Assembly: GCA_963763245.1 (NCBI GenBank)
Contig: CAVXNU010000011.1
Span: 157,281 to 221,280, forward strand
Length of the DNA stretch: 64,000 nucleotides
DNA from: an uncultured Bacillaceae bacterium
GTDB lineage: Bacteria; Pseudomonadota; Alphaproteobacteria; Rhodobacterales; Rhodobacteraceae
Direction: 5' to 3'
The notes beneath the pieces are model-generated. The model was not told where the DNA came from and made no database searches. It saw nothing but the letters and a program-made list of their open reading frames with translations. Shown piece after piece: positions 20,615 through 32,619 of the stretch (position 1 is the first letter of the stretch; the number at the start of each line of letters is the position of its first letter). The translations under genes were made by a program, and so were the position numbers.

Positions 20615-20640
20615 CCGGCTATCCGGCCCCGCGCCCCTGA

Positions 20641-22309
20641 ATGCAGGCCGACTACGTCATCGTCGGCTCCGGCTCCGCCGGCTCGGCAATGGCCGCGCGC
20701 CTCTCCGAGGCCGGCGCCTCCGTCCTCGTCCTGGAATACGGGGGCACGGATGCCGGGCCGCTGATCCAGATGCCGGGCGCGCTCAGCTACCCGATGAACA
20801 TGCCCCGTTACGACTGGGGCTTCGTCACCGAGCCCGAGCCGCATCTCGGCGGCCGCCGCCTCGCCTGCCCGCGCGGCAAGGTCATCGGCGGCTCGTCGTC
20901 GATCAACGGCATGGTCTATGTCCGCGGCCATGCGCGCGACTTCGACCACTGGGCCGAGGCGGGCGCCGATGGCTGGGCCTTCGCCGACGTCGCCCCCTAT
21001 TTCGAGCGCTTGGAGTGCTGGCACGGGCCGGAAACCCATCCCGGCGGCGACCCCGGCTGGCGCGGCACCGCCGGCCCGCTGCACGTCACCCGCGGGCGGC
21101 ACGAGAACCCGCTGAACGCGGCCTTCATCGAGGCCGGCCGCCAGGCCGGCTTCGAGCTGACGCCCGACTACAACGGCGCCAAGCAGGAAGGCTTCGGCCC
21201 GATGGAGATGACGGTGTGGCGCGGCCGCCGCTGGTCGGCGGCGAGCGCCTATCTGAAGCCCGCGCTGCGCCGGCAGAACTGCGACGCTCGTCCGCTGCCT
21301 CGCCCGCCGGGTCGTCATCGAGGACGGCCGCGCGACCGGCGTCGAGATCGCGCGCGGCGGCAGCGGATCGAGATCGTCCGGGCCGAGCGCGAGGTCATCC
21401 TCGCCGCCTCGTCGATCAACTCGCCCAAGCTCCTGATGCTCAGCGGCATCGGCCCCGCCGCCCATCTCGCCGAGCACAAGGTTCCGCTCGTGGCCGACCG
21501 GCCCGGGCGTCGGGCAGAACCTGCAGGACCACCTCGAGCTCTACATCCAGCAGGCCTCGACCCAGCCGGTCACGCTCTATCGCTACTGGAACCCGCTCGG
21601 AAAGGCCTGGGTCGGGCTGCAATGGCTGCTGCTGAAGGACGGGCCCGGCGCGTCGAACCAGTTCCAGGCCTGCGCCTTCCTGCGCTCGGGCGCGGGCGTC
21701 GAGTACCCCGACATCCAGTACCATTTCCTGCCGATCGCCGTGCGCTATGACGGCAAGGCGGCCGCCGAGGGGCATGGCTTCCAGGCGCATGTCGGCCCGA
21801 TGCGCTCGCCCTCGCGCGGCGAGGTCCGGCTCGCCTCGGCCGACCCGGCCGTCCCGCCGCGCATCCGCTTCAACTACATGAGCACCGAGCAGGACTGGGC
21901 CGACTTCCGCCACTGCATCCGGCTGACCCGCGAGATCTTCGCCCAGCCCGCCTTCGCCCCCTATCGCGGGCGCGAGATCCAGCCGGGCGAGGACGTGCAG
22001 TCGGACGACGAGCTCGACGACTTCATCCGCGCCCATGTCGAGAGCGCCTACCACCCCTGCGGCACCTGCCGGATGGGGCGGCGCGACGACAGCCATGCCG
22101 TCGTCGACCCCGAGTGCCGCGTCATCGGCGTCGACCGCCTGCGCGTCGCCGACAGCTCGATCTTCCCGCGCATCACCAACGGCAACCTGAACGGGCCCTC
22201 GATCATGGTGGGCGAGAAGGCGTCCGACCACATCCTCGGCCGCAGCCCGCTGCCGCGCGCCAACCGCGAGCCGTGGATCAACCCGCGTTGGCGCGCCTCC
22301 GACCGCTGA
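20641..22309 (+). CDS. betA: Choline dehydrogenase; apparent frameshifts ~21285, ~21365, ~21495
   Basis: [50 protein letters not shown]. Confidence 0.92.
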
Positions 22310-22523
22310 CTTGCTGGGGCCTTGGCAAAGGCCAGATCTCGTTGATCAAGGCTTGCGCAAAGATCGTCGCACCGAGGCTCGACGAACGATTGGGCGAACG
22401 GTTTCGCGAACGGGTTATGCAAACAATTGCGCAAAGGCTTTCGTACGCGCGACAAGGCGGCAGCACCGCTAGCCAAGCCCCTGATCGGCTGCTAAGACCC
22501 GACGCGGTCAGCTCGGAGCCGGC

Positions 22524-23537
<1,014 letters not shown>

Positions 23538-23763
23538 CCCCCTCCTCCCCCCGGGCAGACCGTCTTCTCCTCGCCTCGCCCATCGTCGCGCCGAAGGTCT
23601 GAGACGAAAATCTCGCACGAGTCGGTCGAGCCGCCTCGGTGTCACCAAGGATGGGAGCATGACCAGAGAACGCTAAGCGGCGTTCTGCGGATGGTGGCGT
23701 GGTCTGGGGCAGGGCATTTTTTCGTGGAAAGGTGGGCATCAATCTCGTTCAGGCCATCCCCGC

Positions 23764-24535
23764 CTACCCGTCCCGGACCGCCTGTTCCAGCGGCTCCAAA
23801 TGCTGGTCGATTGCACGGCGGATCAGGTTTGGCTTGCGGCTGGAAATCGCGCTGAGTGTCGTCTCATGCAGCAATATCACGGCATCCACATCCTCGATCA
23901 TGTCGAAGTAGTCCTGAACCCGGACGAAAAGCTGCTCCAGGATCTGGTGCTGATAGAGTGCAAGGGCCTCAGATCGTGCGGCGCGGCCGATCGTGTAGTG
24001 AAAGAGGTGGTCGAAGCGGATTCGGAGGGGCAGCGCGCTGCCCCGGTGATCGCGCAGCCTGTCGATACAGATCCTCATCTCGTTCAGATCATCGGCCGTC
24101 GCTCGCTCGCCCGCGAGCAGGGCCAGCTGCATCTCGACCGGGCGGCGCGCCTCGACGATCTCGCTGAGCGCAACATGCCAGAGAGGGGCCGTGCGGGCCA
24201 TGATGCTGTCCGGAACGTTGTCCGTGATCAGCAGCAGGCCGCCTTTCACGCCGCGCCGAACGCGCACCAGGCCGGCATTCGTCAGAACCTTGAGCGCCTC
24301 GCCGACCACCGGCTTGCGGACCTGCATCTCGCGCGCGAGCGCCTCTATGTTCGGCGGCCTATCTCCGGGCTTGAAGGCGCCGGACAGGATTGCGGAGATG
24401 ATCTGCTCGACCACCTCCTGATGCCCCCCGCAGGTTGAGGATCCGGTGGAAGTGCCAGCGATCTGAGGCCGGCGCGCCGGAGGCGGGCTGATCGCTGGCG
24501 CGGTTGTCGTCGGCAGGAGATGCGAGCACAGACAT
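23764..24535 (-). CDS. GntR/FadR family transcriptional regulator; frameshift in a G run at ~24425
   Basis: VVEQIISAILSG.FKPGD, VVGEAL, RRGVKGG, FCD domain DHLFHYTI. Confidence 0.75.
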
Positions 24536-24546
24536 ACCGCCTCCGC

Positions 24547-25499
24547 TCAGCTGCCGGTGAGGTCGCGGATGTGGGGCATCAGGTCGGGCTTCTCCTCCAG
24601 GCCGAATCCGGGCGCGTCGGTCGGTGACACCGTCCCATTCTCCACCTTGCATCCCCGGGTCAATCCGCCGGCCGGAGCAAAGACCCCGGGATAGGCCTCC
24701 GATCCTCCCACGTTGAGCCCGACGACGATGTGAAGCGCCAGCATGTGCCCGCCATGCGGATGAAGCTGCCGCCTTGAATAGCCCGCCTGCTCAATCAGGT
24801 CGATCGTTCGGGCGAACTCGCAGAGCCCGTAGGCGAGTCCCGGATCCATCTGGAACAGGTCGAGATCCCGCCGCATTTCGCCATAGGTGATGAGATTCTG
24901 CAACATCCCGCGCGGAAAAGAGGTTCTCTCCCGTCGCCAGCGCATGCGGGTAGTCTTCGGCAAGAGCCGCCATCACCCCGTAGTCGAGCGGATCGCCGGG
25001 CTCCTCGTACCAGCGGAGCCCGAACTCTCGCATGCTGCGCCCGTATTCCAGGGCGGTCGTGGTGTCGAACCGCCCGTTAGCGTCTACGGCGAGGTCGGCG
25101 GGATCGCCGACAACCTCGATTGCCGCCTCGACCCGCTCCATGTCATGCGCGCGATCGGCGCCGCCGATCTTCATCTTGAAGTGGCGGTAGCCAAGATCGC
25201 GATACTCCCACATCTCATCCTGCAACCGGGTGAGGCTGTCGGTCGGGTAGTAGTCGCCGCCCGCAGCGTAGACCGGCGTCGCCGCGCGAGGCTCGATTCC
25301 GTGGTCAGCGATGCGCCTCCAGGCCGGAACATCAAGCAGCTTGGCGTTCAGATCCCAGATGGCGAGCTCGAGCGCGGCCGCCGCGTGGGCGCGGTCGCCA
25401 TGTCCGCCCGGTTTCTCGTTGCGCATGATGACGCGCAGCACCTTCTCCGGGTCGAAGAGGTGCCCGCCCGCCACCAGAATGTCGTCCGGCGCAGCCTCC
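24547..25499 (-). pseudogene. D-tartrate dehydratase-like enolase superfamily gene, 5'-truncated by an IS21 end; frameshift ~24905
   Basis: NEKPGGHGDR, VYAAGG, KMKIGG, AVDANG, WYEEP, ATGENLF, PHGGH; the 5' part stops at the IS21 IR. Confidence 0.8.
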
Positions 25500-25592
25500 T
25501 GTCAACGGCGGAGCAAAGGCAGGCCAGTGGGCGGCGCAAAAGTTTGCCAGCCCGGGGATCGGGAGCTGATGCTGGGACATGGCGCGCGCCTT
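25500..25592 (-). mobile_element. Orphan right end of an IS21-family element
   Basis: Inverted copy of 35612-35704 (4 mismatches in 93 bp), starting TGTCAACGGCGG. Confidence 0.9.
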
Positions 25593-25787
25593 TCCGGCAT
25601 AGCCGCCATCCGCGAAGACGCGCTCGACGAACGGGAACCGGCGACGAGACCGCTTGAGCACTGCCTTCGCACCATCGCGGTCCTGGACGTCGGCGCCATG
25701 AACCTCGACCGTCAGGAGCCGCCCGTCGGTGTCGGTCAGGATATGCCGCTTGCGCCCGTGGATGCGTTTTCCGGCGTCATACCCTTT
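25593..25787 (-). pseudogene. IS5-family transposase internal fragment
   Basis: GYDAGKRIHGRKRHILTDTDG..ADVQDRDG..VFADGGYAG. Confidence 0.88.
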
Positions 25788-26149
25788 GAATCTGGAGGGT
25801 TCTGTGAGGCGCGGCGGGACGGTGGCGGCGAGCGCGACGCCGGTCGGCGCCTCATAGAAGCCGGATTGAACGAAGCCGCGGGACGCTGGGGCCATGGGTG
25901 AAGTAGCGCCGAGCATTGGTGGTGGCCTGGGGCTTCGCGGCCACGCTGGCGTGTCTCGGCGAGTTTGATCGCGGTGATCTTTGTCGCGTCGCCGATCGGG
26001 CCCATCGCTGGCTGCGGTGCGGTGCGCCTGCGGGGCACGCGGGCTCCGGATGGCGAGCCTCGCCGGAGCGCTGTGGCGCGCGGATGTCCGGCCGCTGGAA
26101 TCGGTCGGGGTGGCCGGGTTTGGCTGGAAGATGTGGGCGGGTTCGGCGC

Positions 26150-27382
26150 TCATCGCTGCCTCGGGACGGAATGAGGGGGCGCACGGGCCAGCGTCGAGCG
26201 GATCAGGGCGAGGCCCCCGCAGGACGGACAGACGTCCGGGATGACCGGCGGCGACGGCAGGGCGGCTGCGTTGGCTGCGACGATGGGATCGGGGTCGTCA
26301 TCTTGATTGGAGCCGGCGTTGGCAAGCAGCCGGCGGCACAGGGCGAGCCGTGCCGCGCGATGGCCGTTGGCGAGGAAGCCGAAGTGGCGGATGCGGTGGA
26401 AGCCGGGCGGCAGGACGTGCAAGGAGGAACCGGCGCATGAACTCGCCTGCCTCCAGCGTCATGACCTTGCGGCGCCCCTCCTGGCGATAGTCCTTCCAGC
26501 GGAAGCTCACTTTCCCGTCGGCCATGCCGATCAGCCGGCTGTTGGCGATGGCGACGCGATGGGTGTAGCGGCCGAGATAGGCGAGCACCTGCTCTGGTCC
26601 GCCGAAGGGGCGCTTGGCGTAGACCACCCAGTCGATCCGGCGCAGCGCCGCGCAGTGGGCGGCGAAGGCGTCGGTCGCCGCGAGCGGCGCGAGGTCGCCG
26701 AAGAAACGCAGCCCGCCCTCGGCGAAGGCGGCGGCGAGGCGCTCGAGGAACAGCCGCCGGAACAGCTTGGCCAGCACCTTCACCGACAGGAAGAAGCCTG
26801 GCGGACAGGCGATCCAGCGCGTCCGGTCGGGCGAGAGGCCGCCGCCCGGCACGATGCAGTGGACGTGCGGGTGGTGCTGCATCGCCTGGCCCCAGCTGTG
26901 CAGCACCGCGACGCCGCCGATGGTGGCGCCGAGATGGCGCGGGTCGGCGGCGACGAGGCGCAGCGTCTCCGCGGCGGCGCGGAACAGGATGGCATAGACC
27001 ACGGCCGTTCGCCACGGTGCTCGGACCCGTGGCGCACTCGTGGCTCATCTGGAATGCGATCGCGCCGACCGGAGCCGGCAGGGTGAAGACAACGTGGAAG
27101 TAGGGCACGGGCAGCAGCTCGGCGCGGCGCGCGGCGACCCAGCGCCGCCCGCGCCTGGCCCTGGCACTTGGGGCAGTGGCGGTTGCGGCAGGAGTTGTAG
27201 GCGACAGCGATGTGGCCGCAGTCGGCGCAGCGCTGGACATGGCCGCCGAGCGCCGCCGTGCGGCAGGCTTCGATCGCGCCCATCACCCGGCGCTGCATGC
27301 GATCGAGGTGGTCGCCTCGCTCGGCGCGCCATGCGGGGCCGTAGCGGCGGAAGACGTCCGCCACCTCCAGACCGCCCGTCAT
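26150..27382 (-). pseudogene. IS91-family rolling-circle transposase disrupted by a 42-nt insert (27007-27048) and frameshifts
   Basis: CRTAALGG, YNSCRNRHCPKC, YFHVVFTLP, HUH motif HPHVHC, YLGRYTHRVAI, HRIRHFG. Confidence 0.9.
27007..27048 (-). other. 42-nt structured insertion, copy 1
   Basis: ATGAGCCACGAGTGCGCCACGGGTCCGAGCACCGTGGCGAAC interrupts AIAFQ|AVVYAILF. Confidence 0.85.
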
Positions 27383-27391
27383 GACAGAGCG

Positions 27392-28252
27392 TCAGGCGGG
27401 CGGCGTCACCTCCAGCCGCAGCCGATCGAGCGGGCTCTCCGTCCGGCGGATGACAACCTGCGAGACATGCGTGTAGCGGGCCGTCGTCGACAGGTGGGCG
27501 TGGCCGAGCAGCACCTGGATGACGCGGATGTCGACGCCGCTCTCCAGGAGATGGGTGGCGAAGCTGTGCCGCAGGACGTGGACGGTCACCTTCTTGTCGA
27601 TGCCGGCCGCGGCCCGCGCCGAGCGGCAGGCGGCGTGCAGCACGGTCGCCTCGATCGGCCGGCTCGCGTCGCGCCCCGGAAACAGCCAGTGTGCCGGGCG
27701 GGCGAGGCGCCAGTAGGTCCGCAGGATGCCGAGCAGCTGCTCGGAGAGCATCACATAGCGCTCCTTGCCGCCCTTGCCGCGCTCGATCCGGATCAGCATC
27801 CGGCCACTGTCGATGTCGCCGACGCGCAGCCCGATGACCTCCGAGACGCGCAATCCGGCCGCATAGGCGGTGGTCAGCGCCGCGCGCGCCTTCAGGCTCG
27901 GCACGGCCTCGAGAAAGCGCACCACCTCGTCGGCGCCGAGCACCACGGGAAGGCGGCGCGGCTCGCGGGCGTAGGCGATCCGTTCGGGAACCTCCGCCAA
28001 TCCGAGCGTCACGCCGTAGAAGAACCGGAGCGCCGCGACCGTCTGGTTCAGGCTCGCCCACGCCACGCCCTTCGAGGCGAGATGCACTTGGAATGTCCGG
28101 ACGTCCTCGAGCGTCAGGCGGTCCGGAGAGCGGCCAAAGAACCGGCTGAACTTCGAGACCGCGTGGACATAGGATCGCTGCGTCGCCGGCGAGAGGTTGC
28201 GGACGGTCATGTCCTCGAGCATGCGCCGGCGCAGAGGGCTGATCTCGGCCAT
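27392..28252 (-). CDS. Tyrosine recombinase/integrase, apparently intact
   Basis: YAAGLRVSE, GKGGKER, HVLRHSFATHLLE, LLGH, TARY (catalytic R-K-H-R-H-Y). Confidence 0.93.
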   Translation of the reverse strand: MAEISPLRRRMLEDMTVRNLSPATQRSYVHAVSKFSRFFGRSPDRLTLEDVRTFQVHLASKGVAWASLNQTVAALRFFYGVTLGLAEVPERIAYAREPRRLPVVLGADEVVRFLEAVPSLKARAALTTAYAAGLRVSEVIGLRVGDIDSGRMLIRIERGKGGKERYVMLSEQLLGILRTYWRLARPAHWLFPGRDASRPIEATVLHAACRSARAAAGIDKKVTVHVLRHSFATHLLESGVDIRVIQVLLGHAHLSTTARYTHVSQVVIRRTESPLDRLRLEVTPPA

Positions 28253-28985
28253 CGGAAATCTCCTGTCTGGAAGTGGGTTGCAGCAACCCAGAGCTTCCAA
28301 TCAGGAGCGCCGACCGCGAAGGGCCCCTACCGCGCAGCGGTTTCGTTCAATCCCCCTTCTCAAACACGCTCTGAGGGGATTCAAGCAGATCAGCTGAGTA
28401 TTATCTTTTCCCGCTTTTCCCGCATTTCTTTTTGTATCTGGTGTCCTCGCACCAATCTTTTCGCAGGGGTGGCGGTGGTCGCCACCCGTGAAACAGAGGC
28501 GAATACATAAATTCCATCATCACTATCCACTACAAGCTCAACGGCGCCCTTCACGGCGGTGCCGGCTGCAGGGCGCAGATCTGCTTTGGCCTCGATTTAC
28601 GTGCAGGCGAGGTAGATCAGCGCTGCCGAGCCGACGTCCGTTTCATCCCATCACCATGGCAACCAATCCGAAATTCAGGAGAGACGTCGATCGCCGCTCA
28701 AACGCGTCTGCCATGCGGTCTGGGAGGTCCTTCGGAAGCCGCACCAATACCCGCGTGCGATGGCCTGAAGCGCGGCGATCGGCGGCCGCTTGGGCATGAT
28801 CGGATCGTCCATATGGCGCACCCAGTGCGATGACACGGAGCACTCATGTTCCTTTTATGTTCTCATCTACCGAGGATGACACGCCGTTTCGCCGTTTAAA
28901 CCGTCCAGGCCACTCCCCATTGCGATGCACCGCCTTGTCGGTCATCGTCTTGTCAGCGCTGAGCCAGCATTCAGGAGGAGTGGCG

Positions 28986-29756
28986 ATGAACGCGATCCGC
29001 GAACGCGTTCTTGCTGGCAAGCAGGTTCTAGGCGCCATGATATTCGAGTGCTTCACGCCGGGTATTGCACGGCTGATGGAGCTGGCCGGCTGCGAGTATC
29101 TCATCTACGACATGGAGCATACGGGCATCGGGCTCGAGACGCTCCGCGTCCAGGCGGCCCACTGCCGGGGGCTTTCGGTTGTTCCCATGGCGCGCGTGCC
29201 GCGCTGCGAGTACCGCTTCATTGCCGGGGCGCTCGACATCGGCATGAGGGGCGTGATGGTGCCGATGGTCGAGTCGGCGGGCCAGGCCCGCGTGATCGCC
29301 GAGGCGTCGCGCTATCCGCCGGCGGGGCGACGTGGCGCCGCCTTCGGCTTCGCGCATGACGACTACGCGCCCGGGGATCCGGTCGACAAGATGCGCCGCG
29401 CCGATGCCGAGGTGCTGACCATCGCCCAGATCGAGACCGAGCGCGGGCTCGAGAACCTCGACGCCATCGCCGCGACCGAGGGCGTCGACGTGCTCTGGCT
29501 CGGCCATTTCGACATGACGAACTTCCTGGGCGTGCCGGGCCAGTTCCGCAGCGAGATCTATCTGGCCGCGGTCCGCAGCATCGTCGCGGCGGCGCGGCGC
29601 CACGGCAAGGGGCTGGGCTTCATGGCGGCGGACGCCAACTGGCTGCGCGAGTATCGCGCGCACGGCTTCAACATGCTCGCCGCCGGGACAGACCAGGCGA
29701 TGCTGGTGCAGGGCGTGCGCGGCGTGCTGGCGGGGGCCGAGGAGGACCGGGCATGA
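28986..29756 (+). CDS. HpcH/HpaI family aldolase
   Basis: DMEH, LDIG..GVMVPMV, RYPPAGRRG, AQIET; AGGAGG RBS. Confidence 0.9.
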   Translation: MNAIRERVLAGKQVLGAMIFECFTPGIARLMELAGCEYLIYDMEHTGIGLETLRVQAAHCRGLSVVPMARVPRCEYRFIAGALDIGMRGVMVPMVESAGQARVIAEASRYPPAGRRGAAFGFAHDDYAPGDPVDKMRRADAEVLTIAQIETERGLENLDAIAATEGVDVLWLGHFDMTNFLGVPGQFRSEIYLAAVRSIVAAARRHGKGLGFMAADANWLREYRAHGFNMLAAGTDQAMLVQGVRGVLAGAEEDRA

Positions 29757-30736
29757 GGTTCCGCGTCGGCACCACCCGCGACCTGATGACCGGCTCGGGC
29801 CGCCCCGCCTTCGACGAGCGCGCCTTGAACGAGCTCAATGCGAACCCGGAGATCGAATGGGAATGGATCCCCGAGAGCGTGCGCGAGATCACGCCCGAGA
29901 TCGCCGCGCGCTATGACGGGCTGCACCTGAATGCACCGAAGCTGACCGCGAGCAGCATCGCCCGGGACGATTGCCGGCTGAAGATCGTCGCGCGCAACGG
30001 GGTGGGCTTCGACTCGGTCGACCTGGCCGCCTGCGCGGCCAAGGGCATCCTCGTCACCAACACGCCGCTGGCGATCCGCCGTCCCGTGGCGGTCGCGGCG
30101 ATGACGCTGATCCTGGCGCTTGCGGGCCGGCTGTTCGTCAAGGATCGGATCGTCCGCGAAGGCCGCTGGGGCGAGCAGGTCGAGCACATGGGCGAGGGGC
30201 TGACGACCCGAACGCTCGGGCTCGTCGGCGGCGGTGGCATCGGGCAGGAGCTGATCCCGCTCGCGCGACCGTTCTTCGGCGAGGTAATCGTCGCCGACCC
30301 CCAGGTTCAAGGCGAGGTTTTCGAGAAGCTCGGCGCCCGCAAGGTGACGTTCGAGACGGTCCTCGAGGAATCGGACTACCTGGTCGTCGCCTGCCCGCTG
30401 AACGAGGAGACGCGCCACCTGATGGACGCCGGCGCCTTCGCCCGCATGAAGCGGGGCGCCACATTCGTCAATGTGGCGCGCGGACCGATCCACGACGAGG
30501 CGGCGCTCGTCGCGGCGCTGAACTCGGGCCAGCTGCAGGCAGCGGGCCTCGACGTCCACGAGGTCGAGCCATTGCCCGCCTCGAGCCCGCTGATAGGCAT
30601 GGACAATGTCATCCTGACGCCGCACGCGCTCTGCTGGACGGACGAGTGCTTCGAGGACATCGCGCGGACGGCGTTGCGCTCGATCGCCGATGTGTCGCTC
30701 GGACGGAGGCCAAAGCACGTGGTCGAGGCTCGCTGA
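29753..30736 (+). CDS. D-isomer-specific 2-hydroxyacid dehydrogenase
   Basis: RNGVGFDSVD, GLVGGGGIG, VNVARG, AAGLDV, TPH. Confidence 0.9.
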   Translation: MRFRVGTTRDLMTGSGRPAFDERALNELNANPEIEWEWIPESVREITPEIAARYDGLHLNAPKLTASSIARDDCRLKIVARNGVGFDSVDLAACAAKGILVTNTPLAIRRPVAVAAMTLILALAGRLFVKDRIVREGRWGEQVEHMGEGLTTRTLGLVGGGGIGQELIPLARPFFGEVIVADPQVQGEVFEKLGARKVTFETVLEESDYLVVACPLNEETRHLMDAGAFARMKRGATFVNVARGPIHDEAALVAALNSGQLQAAGLDVHEVEPLPASSPLIGMDNVILTPHALCWTDECFEDIARTALRSIADVSLGRRPKHVVEAR

Positions 30737-30839
30737 TGGCGTCCTCGTCACGACATCCGCTCGGCGCGCCGTCTTGGCCGCAGCGGATGCAAGAATGCGA
30801 AATGCCTCGGCCGCAGCCTGATCACCGATGGGAAACCAG

Positions 30840-31607
30840 ATGAGCGTCCAGCTATTCGACCTGAGCGGGAAGACCGCGCTCGTGACCGGCTCGTCGCGCG
30901 GCCTCGGCCGCGCCTTCGCCGAGGGGATGGCGGCTGCCGGAGCCCGGGTCGTCCTGAACGGCATCGACACTGGCCGGCTCGAAGCTGCCGCAGACGAGAT
31001 GCGCGCGGCCGGCCACGACGTCCTGACGGCCGCCTTCAACGTCACCGACGAGGCGGCGGTCGTCGCCGCGTTCGAGCGGCTCGACGCCGAGGGCATCGCC
31101 GTCGACATCCTCGTGAACAATGCCGGGATCCAGTTCCGCAAGCCGATGCTCGAACTGGCGACCAGCGACTGGCAGCGCGTGGTCGATACCAACCTGACCG
31201 CCGCCTTTGTCGCAGGCCGCGAGGCGGCGAAGCGCATGGTGCCGCGCGGACGGGGAAAGATCGTCAACATCGGTTCGCTGATGTCGGGCCTCGCCCGTGC
31301 GACGGTCGCGCCCTACACAGCCGCGAAGGGCGGGATCAAGATGCTGACCAAGTCGATGGCGGCGGAATGGGCCCAGCACGGTATCCAGGCGAACGCCATC
31401 GGTCCGGGCTATATGCTGACCGAGATGAACGAGGCGCTGATCTCGAACCCGGACTTCAACGCCTGGGTCACGGGCCGCACGCCCGCGGGCCGATGGGGCA
31501 GGCCGGACGAGCTGGTCGGCGCCGCGATCTTTCTCGCCTCGGCCGCCTCCGACTATGTCAACGGCCAGATCATCTATGTCGACGGCGGCATGAGCTCGGT
31601 GCTCTGA
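30840..31607 (+). CDS. SDR, gluconate 5-dehydrogenase (IdnO-like)
   Basis: TGSSRGLG, NNAGIQ, YTAAK, NAIGPGY, YVDGG. Confidence 0.88.
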   Translation: MSVQLFDLSGKTALVTGSSRGLGRAFAEGMAAAGARVVLNGIDTGRLEAAADEMRAAGHDVLTAAFNVTDEAAVVAAFERLDAEGIAVDILVNNAGIQFRKPMLELATSDWQRVVDTNLTAAFVAGREAAKRMVPRGRGKIVNIGSLMSGLARATVAPYTAAKGGIKMLTKSMAAEWAQHGIQANAIGPGYMLTEMNEALISNPDFNAWVTGRTPAGRWGRPDELVGAAIFLASAASDYVNGQIIYVDGGMSSVL

Positions 31608-31670
31608 TGCAGGCCATCGTCATTCATGCGCCTGAGGATCTCCGCCTCGACGAGCAGCCCGACGCCGGCC
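31607..31670 (+). pseudogene. N-terminal stub of an L-idonate 5-dehydrogenase-like gene
   Basis: TGATG-coupled MQAIVIHAPEDLRL, then similarity is lost. Confidence 0.6.
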
Positions 31671-31736
31671 GGGCAGCCTTTCTGGACTCCTTGCGCGTCC
31701 GATCGCAGAGTGGTTCCGAGGGAAATCGGAGCAGTC

Positions 31737-32525
31737 ATGAAACACGTGTCAGTTTCGCGAGATGGCCGCATTGCTGTCGTGCGCTTCGACCGCGGAAAGC
31801 CGGCAAACCCGCTCTCTTACGAGCTGATGCGGGAGCTGACGGAGACGGCGCGCAGCTTTGAGACCGACCCAGAGATTTCGGCGGTCGTGCTCACCGGCCG
31901 CTCCGACAACTTCACCATGGGCGTGGACCTGAAGGACGCCGAGACGCAGGCGCTGCCCGGGATGCCATTGGCCGAGCGTCGGCTGGCGCTGATGACGGGC
32001 GCCCGCATGTGCCGTGCCTGGGCGGAGGTGCAGGCGCTGGTGATCTCGGCGATCGAGGGCTGGTGCGTCGGAGGTGGTGTTGCGCTCAGCGTCGCGACCG
32101 ATCTGCGCGTGATGGGCCGGTCGGCGACCATGTATGTCCCCGAGATCGAGCGTGGCATGAACATGGGCTGGGGCTCGGTGCCGCGGATCGTCAATCTGGT
32201 CGGGCCGGCACGCGCCAAGCGCTTGGTCGTCCTGGCCGAGAAGGTCGAGGCCGAGAGGGCGGCGCACTGGGGCGTGGCAGACCAGGTGGCGCCGGATGGC
32301 GACGCGGTCGCGGCGGCGATGCACATGGCCGAGCGGGCGGCCTCGATGCCCCCTGTGGCGCTGCGCATGTGCAAGCAGGACATCGACGCCTATGCGAACG
32401 CGATGGCATGGACCGCCAGCCATGCCGATTTCGACCAGTATGCGCTCGCGCAGTCGGGGGCTGACTTCGCGGAGGGTGTGCAGGCATTCCTGGACAAGCG
32501 CCCGCCGCGCTACACCGGGGGCTGA
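31737..32525 (+). CDS. Enoyl-CoA hydratase/isomerase family protein
   Basis: FTMGVDL, AIEGWCVGGG, PEIERG, EGVQAFLDKRPP. Confidence 0.9.
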   Translation: MKHVSVSRDGRIAVVRFDRGKPANPLSYELMRELTETARSFETDPEISAVVLTGRSDNFTMGVDLKDAETQALPGMPLAERRLALMTGARMCRAWAEVQALVISAIEGWCVGGGVALSVATDLRVMGRSATMYVPEIERGMNMGWGSVPRIVNLVGPARAKRLVVLAEKVEAERAAHWGVADQVAPDGDAVAAAMHMAERAASMPPVALRMCKQDIDAYANAMAWTASHADFDQYALAQSGADFAEGVQAFLDKRPPRYTGG

Positions 32526-32619
32526 CGGCAAGCGCTCGAGTGCGCGCCCGGCTGGCGGATCATCTGCAGCCAAGACTGCCGCCGTTAGGCTGTGCTTCGG
32601 ATCGTTTGGAGGAGAAACC

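Larger units (their letters stand above)
25786..28384 (-). mobile_element. Tyrosine recombinase + IS91-type (Y2) transposase element
   Basis: Two-gene cassette; inner inverted repeat GGATTGAACGAAGCCGC (25863-25879) vs 28337-28353 (16/17 match); outer TTGAATC/GATTCAA; end positions inferred. Confidence 0.75.

Noticed and set aside
24453-24498. 10-bp inverted repeat GCCAGCGATC..GATCGCTGGC in the GntR 5' region
   Set aside because: No similarity to the insert families and it does not break the frame; single occurrence.
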